Of a stretch of DNA of 64,000 nt, positions 49,679 to 57,176 are shown one piece after another. A model generated the notes under the pieces. That model had not been told where the DNA came from and ran no database searches. It saw only the letters and a program-made list of their open reading frames with translations. This DNA is from Bacillales bacterium UBA4278 (GTDB taxonomy: Bacteria; Bacillota_I; Bacilli_A; RFN20; CAG-826), in the NCBI GenBank assembly GCA_002395065.1, contig DGVS01000008.1, positions 807-64,806 of the forward strand, read 5' to 3'. The position numbers and the translations under genes were made by a program. Position 1 is the stretch's first letter; each line of letters starts with the position of its first letter.

Positions 49679-51693
49679 TATCGTTTCTCCGGCACGGTTC
49701 GTGCATCATTTAAGTATTCTTTCAAAACATCCAAAAGCTTCTCTTCAACCTTATCGATTGGGGTGTTTTTGAATGCTCCAGCAGCCATCGTAAAGTGACC
49801 ACCACCATTCATCTTTTCTGCGAGCAATTGAACGTTTACTGTTCCATCGCTTCGGCATGATATACGTGTTTCATTTGTGCCTGTGCGGCCAATGACAAAG
49901 CATGCGTTCACACCTTTCATCTGCATACATTGGTTTCCAACTTTCGCAAGTGTCGCTTGTTCGATGATGTCTTCTTCATCGGCGACGCAATATACAACAC
50001 CATAAGCCGGTGTCTTTAAACTAGAAATAATGTGAGTAATAAGTGTATATTCCTCAAAATCATCCTTGAGGAAGTCATCAGCAATAGAGTTATCAGCACC
50101 CATTTCCTTGAGAATCATGGATGCTTCAAACGTTCTAATACCACAACTCTTCGATTTGAAATAGTTGGAATCCATAAAGATTCCAGAAAGCATAATTGTA
50201 GCGTATGCGCTTGGAATATTAATGCGTGGGTTCGCGCTTGAATAACGAATTAATTCAGCAATCATTTCGCAAGAAGATGAAGCGCTTGGTTCAATATAAT
50301 TGAACACCGGTGATTCAATAAACTCTTCACTACGACGGTGATGGTCAATAACCATAACTTTTGTTGCTTTTTCAAGCACCTTTGGTGCCATAGTCATTGA
50401 TGGCCTGTGAATATCACAAACAATAACCAATGTGTTTGATTTAATTGTTGGCAATGCATCATCTGGTGAAATAGTTAATTTTTCCATTTCGTCACGTGAA
50501 AATGAGGAGGTCATAGCAGAACGTGTCTTACGTTCCGTGTTTTTTGGATCATAAATGATCTTCGCGGACTTTCCGCAATAGTCACACACAGCTTTCATGC
50601 CTAAGCACGCACCAATAGCGTCCATATCGGCCACCGCGTGTCCCATGATTAGGACATTCGCGGAGTTACGAATTAATGATAAAACTGAGTCCGCCATAAC
50701 ACGAACTTTAACTTTGTTACGGCTTTCTTGAGCTTCAACTTTTCCACCGAAAAATTTAAGTGGTTGGCCATACGGAGAAACAACAACTTGGTCGCCTCCA
50801 CGAGACATAGCGATTTCAATCGCTGCGCTTGTCATTTCGTTTAACTTATTAATATCTGGAATGTCATGGGCAAACGCCATTGATAATGTTGGAGGAGTAT
50901 CTTCGTTTTCGCTAATCAAATGGATTTTCTCTAATAAAGAGAACTTGTCGGCCTCCATTCTTTGAAGCGATTCGTAGTTACAAACAAGGAAGTAAGCGTC
51001 GTTGCGATAGCGACGTAACAATACGTCGAATTCATCACAATAATTAAAAATTTCGTTACGAATCTTCGAAATAGTATCGTTTGAGTCATCTGAACTTTCT
51101 GAAACATCGGAGTAATTATCAATAATTACCATACCGATTACTGTACTATTTTTTGTAGCGTAAGCAGTTGTTGTTTCTAAATCAGTATTATCTTTAAAGA
51201 TATATAAGCCGGCATCTGGTAAATATTTAACTTCATAGTTACGAGAGTTAATGACCAATTTACAAACAGCATCTCCGCCTTTTTGGATTTCTTGTAGCTT
51301 TGGTTGCCACTCTAAAATATTCTGATCAAGGATTTCTAGGTTTCGATCATGGAAGATATCGTTCATCCAAATAACAATGTTATTTTCATCAACAACAACT
51401 AGCCCGATCATGCCAAAATTATAGGCTTCTTGAACATCTCCACCAATTAGGTCGGCGGCTCTTAAATCTGTTTTCTTTCGCTTATAAGAAAAAACAAGGA
51501 TTGAAACCCATACAAAAATCATATCTAAACCAGCCAAAACCGCGGTACCGACATAAAATGTTTCGATTGTTAATTTGGTTTTTAACTCTAAAACATTTTC
51601 AAAATAAAAGATGCCAAAAAGAGCAATTATTGCGAGTTCAACAACAATAAGAATAAAAGCGACTAATTTAAACGTGGAGGCTGTCTTTTTCAT
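49678..51693 (-). CDS. gdpP: Cyclic-di-AMP phosphodiesterase GdpP (2 TM, PAS-like, degenerate GGDEF, DHH/DHHA1)
   Basis: Two N-terminal TM helices, DHH motif VIDHHRR, DHHA1 GGGH, and the conserved gdpP-rplI-dnaB order. Confidence 0.92.
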   Translation of the reverse strand: MKKTASTFKLVAFILIVVELAIIALFGIFYFENVLELKTKLTIETFYVGTAVLAGLDMIFVWVSILVFSYKRKKTDLRAADLIGGDVQEAYNFGMIGLVVVDENNIVIWMNDIFHDRNLEILDQNILEWQPKLQEIQKGGDAVCKLVINSRNYEVKYLPDAGLYIFKDNTDLETTTAYATKNSTVIGMVIIDNYSDVSESSDDSNDTISKIRNEIFNYCDEFDVLLRRYRNDAYFLVCNYESLQRMEADKFSLLEKIHLISENEDTPPTLSMAFAHDIPDINKLNEMTSAAIEIAMSRGGDQVVVSPYGQPLKFFGGKVEAQESRNKVKVRVMADSVLSLIRNSANVLIMGHAVADMDAIGACLGMKAVCDYCGKSAKIIYDPKNTERKTRSAMTSSFSRDEMEKLTISPDDALPTIKSNTLVIVCDIHRPSMTMAPKVLEKATKVMVIDHHRRSEEFIESPVFNYIEPSASSSCEMIAELIRYSSANPRINIPSAYATIMLSGIFMDSNYFKSKSCGIRTFEASMILKEMGADNSIADDFLKDDFEEYTLITHIISSLKTPAYGVVYCVADEEDIIEQATLAKVGNQCMQMKGVNACFVIGRTGTNETRISCRSDGTVNVQLLAEKMNGGGHFTMAAGAFKNTPIDKVEEKLLDVLKEYLNDARTVPEKR

Positions 51694-51701
51694 AAATGAG
51701 T

Positions 51702-51718
51702 ATTGATATTATATCAAT
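51702..51718. promoter_or_regulatory. Perfect 8-1-8 palindrome overlapping an extended -10 box just upstream of gdpP
   Basis: ATTGATAT-T-ATATCAAT. The minus strand reads TTGATATAAT (TGnTATAAT-like), ending 14 nt before the gdpP ATG. No Shine-Dalgarno sequence is visible. Confidence 0.35.
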
Positions 51719-51738
51719 TATCTAGAAGAGAAAGAAAC

Positions 51739-51799
51739 AAAAAAAGAGCAATTTTGTAGAACTAGTTCACAAAAACCGAAAAAGTTACGAATTGCTCTT
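51739..51799 (-). terminator. Long-loop inverted repeat plus T-run downstream of the flavodiiron gene (probable terminator)
   Basis: AAGAGCAATT (51744..51753) and AATTGCTCTT (51790..51799) form a 10-bp stem around a 36-nt loop that holds the palindrome GAACTAGTTC (51759..51768). The minus strand is followed by T7. Confidence 0.45.
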
Positions 51800-51810
51800 A
51801 TTTTTGTTAA

Positions 51811-53133
51811 TTAATCAATTTTTTGGAAATCTGAAGCCGGGTGTTTACAAATTGGACAAACAAAGTCTTTCGGAAGTTCTTCTCCTTCATACTCGACAAC
51901 GAATCCACAAATCTTACAAGCAAAATGGTGTTTCTGTTTTGCCACTTCAACTTTCTTCTCGCCAGCAAGGTTTTTACTAGGCTTCATTAATTCTTCTGCT
52001 AAAGCATCAATTTGCTTTTTGTTTTCATCACTAAGTGAAGAAAGTAAACGAATTGAAGGTTCAATGAATTCGAGATTTTTGCTCTTCTCAAGTTTTTCCT
52101 TCATTAATTTTGCTGCAGCAGGAGCCCATGTACCATTCTCGATTAACGCCACAGTCTTGTTTTGGAATAAGCGTTCGGTTAGATGATCGATAAATGTATG
52201 CATGAATGGGAAAATTTGCATGTTATAGGTTGTTGTTGCTAGAACAATTTTTGGATAGCGGAAAGCGTCTTCAACGGCTTCGGCCATATCTTCACGAGCA
52301 AGATCGGTTATCGCGACTTTTGGACAACCTTTTTGACGAAGTTTTTCAGCTAATAATTCAGCAGCTTCTTTAGTGTGTCCATAAACGGAAGTATAGAAAA
52401 TTGCGACACCATCAGTTTCGCTCTTATATGAAGACCAAATGTCATACAAATTAAGATAGTATCCAAGGTCATTATCGAGCACTGGCCCATGAAGTGGACA
52501 AATCATTTCTAATGGCAATTTAGCGGCTTTTTGCAGGAGATTTTGTACTTGAAAACCGTATTTTCCGACAATTCCAATATAGTAACGACGAGCTTCACAA
52601 GCCCAGTCTTCTTCAACGTCTAAAGCGCCAAATTTTCCAAAGGCGTCAGCCGAGAAAAGTGTCTTAGCAACATCATCATAAGTAACCATAACTTCTGGCC
52701 AGTGAACCATTGGAGCAAAGATAAATTTTAGTGTGTGTTTTCCAAGGTTTAATGTGTCACCATCATTGACAACGAATTTGTTCTTAATTTCTGGATGATA
52801 GAATTGCTCCATCATTGTGAAAGTCTTTGTATTTCCGACAATAAATGTATCTGGATAGACCTTCAGAAATTCAAGAATGTTTGCCGAGTGGTCTGGTTCC
52901 ATGTGTTGAACAATTAAATAAGTTGGTTTTGCATCCTTCAAAACATCTTTAAGGTTTGCCAGCCATTCTTTCGTGAATTTAACATCAACGGTATCAAAAA
53001 TCGCAATTAAGTCATCCTTAATCACATAAGAGTTATACGCCATTCCGTTTGGAACGATGTATTGTCCTTCAAATAAATCTAACTTGTGGTCGTTAACACC
53101 AACATAGTAGATATCGTTACGTAATAATTTCAT
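51811..53133 (-). CDS. Flavodiiron protein (FprA-type) with C-terminal rubredoxin domain
   Basis: Diiron motif HMEPDHS in the MBL-like domain, then a flavodoxin-like domain, then C-terminal CKICG...CPICKHP rubredoxin. ATG 53133 (MKLLRNDIYYVG) overlaps the flavodoxin stop (TAATG). Confidence 0.9.
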   Translation of the reverse strand: MKLLRNDIYYVGVNDHKLDLFEGQYIVPNGMAYNSYVIKDDLIAIFDTVDVKFTKEWLANLKDVLKDAKPTYLIVQHMEPDHSANILEFLKVYPDTFIVGNTKTFTMMEQFYHPEIKNKFVVNDGDTLNLGKHTLKFIFAPMVHWPEVMVTYDDVAKTLFSADAFGKFGALDVEEDWACEARRYYIGIVGKYGFQVQNLLQKAAKLPLEMICPLHGPVLDNDLGYYLNLYDIWSSYKSETDGVAIFYTSVYGHTKEAAELLAEKLRQKGCPKVAITDLAREDMAEAVEDAFRYPKIVLATTTYNMQIFPFMHTFIDHLTERLFQNKTVALIENGTWAPAAAKLMKEKLEKSKNLEFIEPSIRLLSSLSDENKKQIDALAEELMKPSKNLAGEKKVEVAKQKHHFACKICGFVVEYEGEELPKDFVCPICKHPASDFQKID

Positions 53134-53639
53134 TATTTTGCCACCCAATTAGCAACAACTTCATCAGATTTTTCTGCGTCATAACCACGGATTGCTAAAC
53201 CTTCTTTAACAATCGCGCCTTTAACCGCTCCACGAAGTTCAAGTTCCATAAAGCCAAATGACCCTTCTTCGTTTGTACAGAAAGGTTTAACGACCTTGCC
53301 GACAAATGAATACTGTTTTAAGAAACTGGCAATAATTCTTGGATAAGAACGATACCAAAGTGGGAATCCAATGTAAATTGTGTCATAAGCATCAATAGAT
53401 GCTGGTAGATTTGCGATCGCTGGAAGAATATTTTCTTCATATTCTTTACGAGCCCGCTTGTTGCACTCTTCATATCCAAAAGGATATTCTTCAACTGGTT
53501 TTAAACCAATCAGTGCTCCTCCAATGATTTTTTGAATTTTTTCAGCGACAATTTCAGTAAAACCTTTGTGAATTATTTCACGATTGCCGTCGACAATATT
53601 TTCCCCAGTGTGAGAGAAATAAACAATTAATGATGCCAT
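53133..53639 (-). CDS. Flavodoxin-family protein
   Basis: 168 aa. The N-terminal LIVYFSHTGEN FMN phosphate-binding loop is typical of short flavodoxin-like proteins. Co-transcribed with the flavodiiron gene. Confidence 0.75.
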   Translation of the reverse strand: MASLIVYFSHTGENIVDGNREIIHKGFTEIVAEKIQKIIGGALIGLKPVEEYPFGYEECNKRARKEYEENILPAIANLPASIDAYDTIYIGFPLWYRSYPRIIASFLKQYSFVGKVVKPFCTNEEGSFGFMELELRGAVKGAIVKEGLAIRGYDAEKSDEVVANWVAK

Positions 53640-53678
53640 ACTAAACTCCTTAAAAATAGTTTACCAAATTATGAAGCT

Positions 53679-53716
53679 AGACAACAATACTTAATTATAA
53701 ATAATTAATGTTGTCT
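53679..53716. promoter_or_regulatory. 38-bp imperfect palindrome between the GT-C gene stop and the flavodoxin promoter region
   Basis: Outer arms AGACAACA / TGTTGTCT. An inner 8-2-8 repeat TTAATTAT-tt-ATAATTAA sits off-centre between them. There is no T-run on the minus strand, so it is not a classical terminator. Confidence 0.3.
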
Positions 53717-54960
53717 TAATTTGTTTTGGTTTCTTTCTTTGGAAAACCTACTGTTCGGCCTTTAAAAACATCATACATTAATAAAATTAATGAAACCATG
53801 ATTAATGATGATCCGATTAAGAGGTTGAGGTTCTCATTATTTAAATAATAAGTATTAAATAAGTAGTTATTGTATCCCTGGAATGTGCCAGCAACTGCTA
53901 AGAATGAAATGTACCATTTCTTTGGGCATACAGCGACATAAAGAATCGCTATAATTTCCGCAATATAGAAATATCTTTCATGCATTGATGGGAGCACATA
54001 TGGAGCAAATAAAGTAACAAGGAAGGTGACTTTGATAATGTCTTCCAATGTGACGTCTTTATAAGTTAAGAATAAGAACACGAGAAGCACAAAAATTAAA
54101 GCGACACCAAAGTAGGTTGCTGCTGGGACAAGATGCTCAATAACCGATTCATTTGTTACAATCGATTTATACATAAAAGCGTAGACGCTTGGAGCGTTCA
54201 TCACTAGATATGGATATTCTTCAGTTTGTTCAAAATAAACATTGATGCATGAGTGAAAACTTCTTCCGCATGCCATCGCTGGAATCATACAAATAACATA
54301 GATGACCGGTACTAAAAGAAGCCAATAGAGCTTAAATCTCTTTTTAAACCATAAGAATACTAAAACTGGTAAGAAGAAAATGCTTTGTAGCTTAAATGCA
54401 AACGAGAACCCAAAGGCAACTGAAGCCCAACATGATTTCCCTTTTAATACAAAGAATAATGAAAGAACAATAAAGAATGCATAAATTGCGTCGCATTGCC
54501 CCCAGAACGCACTATTTAAGAATACTTGTGGAAGGAATAGAGCAAGGAAAACGCCAAGAAGCGTAATCGAATCATGTTTCTTTAAAATAAATTTCAATAT
54601 GAAGAAAATTAAGATTGCTGATCCAAGTTCAAATCCCATGGAAATGTACTTAATCGCAAAATTAAAAGCGTTGCCCTCCACATCAAGTTTGAAAATGGAA
54701 AGGAAAGCTAAGAAATACATATATGTTGGTGTATAGTCCGCATCGTCACTAGCCAAAAACGCCTTTGGATCTTCAACTAAAGATTCGTACCAAGGTTTTA
54801 AGAAATTGTAATAATCACCGCTTTTCTTGGTCATTAAAGGAATGCGAATGACAACTGCTAAAGCAACGATGCCAACTAAGGCAATCCAAAACCAATACTT
54901 CTGGATAAAATTAATTACCCAGTCTCTTACTCTAGTAAAAAATAAGCCAACTTTTGCCAT
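53716..54960 (-). CDS. GT-C-fold integral membrane glycosyltransferase (PIG-V/PMT/ArnT-like)
   Basis: 414 aa, about 11 TM. The first external loop is GDYYNFLKPWYE...DDADYTPTYMYFLA. Starts 2 nt after the stop of the polyprenol-phosphate GT2 gene. Assignment rests on architecture and context. Confidence 0.55.
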   Translation of the reverse strand: MAKVGLFFTRVRDWVINFIQKYWFWIALVGIVALAVVIRIPLMTKKSGDYYNFLKPWYESLVEDPKAFLASDDADYTPTYMYFLAFLSIFKLDVEGNAFNFAIKYISMGFELGSAILIFFILKFILKKHDSITLLGVFLALFLPQVFLNSAFWGQCDAIYAFFIVLSLFFVLKGKSCWASVAFGFSFAFKLQSIFFLPVLVFLWFKKRFKLYWLLLVPVIYVICMIPAMACGRSFHSCINVYFEQTEEYPYLVMNAPSVYAFMYKSIVTNESVIEHLVPAATYFGVALIFVLLVFLFLTYKDVTLEDIIKVTFLVTLFAPYVLPSMHERYFYIAEIIAILYVAVCPKKWYISFLAVAGTFQGYNNYLFNTYYLNNENLNLLIGSSLIMVSLILLMYDVFKGRTVGFPKKETKTN

Positions 54961-54961
54961 A

Positions 54962-55915
54962 TTATTTGTCGTCCGTTGTTTTTTCGATGAAGTAATGTGG
55001 ACGTTTCTTAACTTCGGTATTTACTTTTCCAAGATATAAACCAATCATTCCCAAAGCAGAGAGAATGATTCCAGTATTTAAAGCAATAAAACCAAAAAGA
55101 TAATAGAAAATTGAGAAGTTATAAACTCCGCACAAGTGAAGAATTCCAATCGTGAGCATAAATAAACACGATAAAGAAATAAAAGCGATACCGCATTTAC
55201 CAATTGCAGTTAATGGTTTTGACGAAAATGAAGTCATTCCATCACTTGCAAGAGTAAGCATCTTAGATAACTTATAATGTGTCTCACCTTGTTGACGAGC
55301 CAAACGGTCATATTCAACCTTTGCTGATGGATAGCCAATTTGAGGAACGATTCCTCTTAGAAATAAATTCGATTCTCGATAAGAGAGTAAAGCTTCGACT
55401 GCACGATACGAAAGAAGTCGAAAATCAGCTGAATCTTCAACAATCTCGACACCAAGACGCTTCATAAATTTATAGTAAGATTGAGCGGTTTTTCTTTTAA
55501 AGATCGAATCTGTTTTGCGTTTCTTTCTCACACCATAAACAACATCGTTTCCATCAAGATATTTTTGAACCATTTCACCGGTTACATTAATGTCGTCTTG
55601 AAGATCAACGTCCATTGTAATTGTGAAATCTGCTTTCTTTTTATAAGCGTATTCCAAACCCGCTTCAACCGCGTATTGGTGGCCCTTATTTCGGGAAAGC
55701 TTAACTCCGACAACAAACTTCGATTTTCCTGACAATTCCTCAATAATTGACCAAGTTTTATCTTTAGAACCATCATCAACAAAAACAACTTTTGAATCTT
55801 TTGAAATGAGATTTTCAGCAACTAGTTGTTCATAAGATTTAAAAATTCTTTCTGCAGAAGGATTTAAACATTCTTCTTCGTTATAACAAGGAAATATCCA
55901 ATAAAGAGTTTTCAT
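54962..55915 (-). CDS. GT2 polyprenol-phosphate glycosyltransferase (GtrB/CsbB/DPM1-like)
   Basis: IFPCYNEE, VDDGSKD and the DVDLQD (DxD) catalytic region, plus two C-terminal TM helices. ATG 55915 chosen. Confidence 0.85.
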   Translation of the reverse strand: MKTLYWIFPCYNEEECLNPSAERIFKSYEQLVAENLISKDSKVVFVDDGSKDKTWSIIEELSGKSKFVVGVKLSRNKGHQYAVEAGLEYAYKKKADFTITMDVDLQDDINVTGEMVQKYLDGNDVVYGVRKKRKTDSIFKRKTAQSYYKFMKRLGVEIVEDSADFRLLSYRAVEALLSYRESNLFLRGIVPQIGYPSAKVEYDRLARQQGETHYKLSKMLTLASDGMTSFSSKPLTAIGKCGIAFISLSCLFMLTIGILHLCGVYNFSIFYYLFGFIALNTGIILSALGMIGLYLGKVNTEVKKRPHYFIEKTTDDK

Positions 55916-55972
55916 AATTGGGGCTCCAATACGTGTGTATTTATAATAAAACACGCATCAAGAATAAAGCAA

Positions 55973-56000
55973 TAAAAAAAGCCATCCACAGAGGACGGCT
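55973..56000 (-). terminator. Intrinsic terminator after rpsR
   Basis: Minus strand AGCCGTCC-tctgt-GGATGGCT (8 bp, one G-U) followed by T7. Confidence 0.8.
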
Positions 56001-56016
56001 TTTAATCTTTGAATTA

Positions 56017-56244
56017 TTAGTCTTGCACGTATGGAAGTAAGGCCATATAACGAGCGTTCTTGATTGCTTTCGCAAGTTCACGTTGATATTTGGCACAGGT
56101 TCCAGTCGAATGACGGGAAGCAATTTTTCCAGTTGGTGTAATAAATTTACTAAGTAATTCGGCGTCCTTATAATCGATGTATTTCACTTTATTCTTAGTG
56201 AAGTAGCACACCTTCTTATGAGGTCTAATCTTTTTGAATCCCAT
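56017..56244 (-). CDS. rpsR: 30S ribosomal protein S18
   Basis: 75 aa: [17 protein letters not shown]...LSKFI...GKI..R..TG.CAKYQR.LA.AIK.AR. Confidence 0.96.
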   Translation of the reverse strand: MGFKKIRPHKKVCYFTKNKVKYIDYKDAELLSKFITPTGKIASRHSTGTCAKYQRELAKAIKNARYMALLPYVQD

Positions 56245-56260
56245 AAATTATCCTTTCTTA

Positions 56261-56701
56261 TTAGAATGGTAAGTCGTCATCAGTAACTTCAATGGAATCT
56301 AAATTTTTAGATTCATCCGCTGGAGTTTCGTCATGAACTTCATCATAAACGATTTCTTCGTTCGGAATCTCGCGGTTCTTTGAAGCTGGATCTAAGAATG
56401 TGACATAGTCAGCCACAATTTCGATTACTGATGCTTTTGTACCATCACGGCGCTCGAATGTGCGTTGGCGGATACGTCCGTCGACACCTGCTAACGAGCC
56501 TTTGCGAAGGAACTTAGCACAATTGTCAGCTTGGTTATTAAACACTGTGACACCAATAAATGTTGTTGTTTTGTTTCCTTGCGCATCTTTTACGCGGTCA
56601 TCAACCGCAAGTGTGAATGAGCACACAGCAACTTCTGTGTTCGTGCGTCTGAGCTCAGGATCACGAGTTAGTCTACCGACTAAGCAAATTCGATTCATCA
56701 T
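56261..56701 (-). CDS. ssb: Single-stranded DNA-binding protein
   Basis: MMNRICLVGRLTRDPELR OB fold and an acidic tail ending DDDLPF. Confidence 0.96.
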   Translation of the reverse strand: MMNRICLVGRLTRDPELRRTNTEVAVCSFTLAVDDRVKDAQGNKTTTFIGVTVFNNQADNCAKFLRKGSLAGVDGRIRQRTFERRDGTKASVIEIVADYVTFLDPASKNREIPNEEIVYDEVHDETPADESKNLDSIEVTDDDLPF

Positions 56702-56720
56702 AATGTAATCTCCTCCTCAA

Positions 56721-57008
56721 TTAGTCTTTGTCAACTGTGATTAAGTGACGTACAACGTTTTGATTGATCTTTGTTAAGCGTGCGAATTCGTCAAGAGCAG
56801 CTTTCTCGGCTGTTACTTTAATAACAACATAGTAGCCCTTAACCATATCGTTGATTGGATAAGCAAAGTTTCTCAATCCCCATTCATTAACTTTTGTGAC
56901 TTTTGCACCGTTGCTAGTAAGAATGGCGTGAAGTTTCTCGATTTCGGCCTTGCGGCTTTCATCATCGAGACCATCTTTCACGATGTACATGATTTCGTAC
57001 TTTTTCAT
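56721..57008 (-). CDS. rpsF: 30S ribosomal protein S6
   Basis: MKKYEIMYIV... from ATG 57008 with a GGGAGG RBS. The track start 57080 lies in the leader. Confidence 0.95.
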   Translation of the reverse strand: MKKYEIMYIVKDGLDDESRKAEIEKLHAILTSNGAKVTKVNEWGLRNFAYPINDMVKGYYVVIKVTAEKAALDEFARLTKINQNVVRHLITVDKD

Positions 57009-57110
57009 ACAGGCACCTCCCTTTGGTCTATCTGGTTTGTATTCACTACAAACAGAGAGTAATGCGATTTCTCGCTTCATTATTATAAATGAAGAGATTT
57101 TCCTTGTATA
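57009..57110 (-). promoter_or_regulatory. rpsF promoter and structured 5' leader (possible S6:S18-binding leader)
   Basis: Minus strand TATACA (57110..57105), 17-nt spacer, TATAAT (57087..57082). The leader contains a GCGA-GAAA-TCGC hairpin and CTGTTTGTA-gtgaa-TACAAA(C)CAG, a bulged hairpin, just upstream of the RBS. Confidence 0.4.
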
Positions 57111-57140
57111 GAAAAAGATAAGATTTGTTAATTTTAGGTA

Positions 57141-57166
57141 AAGAAAAAGGGTAGCAAGCTACCCAA
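57141..57166 (-). terminator. Intrinsic terminator after lysS
   Basis: Minus strand GGGTAG-cttg-CTACCC followed by TTTTTC. Confidence 0.75.
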
Positions 57167-57176
57167 ATTCGTTTAA

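Noticed and set aside
51744-51799. The nested inverted repeat between the FDP gene and gdpP as a small RNA or mobile-element end.
   Set aside because: It occurs once in the window, lies directly after a stop codon and is followed by a T-run on the transcribed strand. This is most simply a large-loop terminator. It is reported as a feature only.
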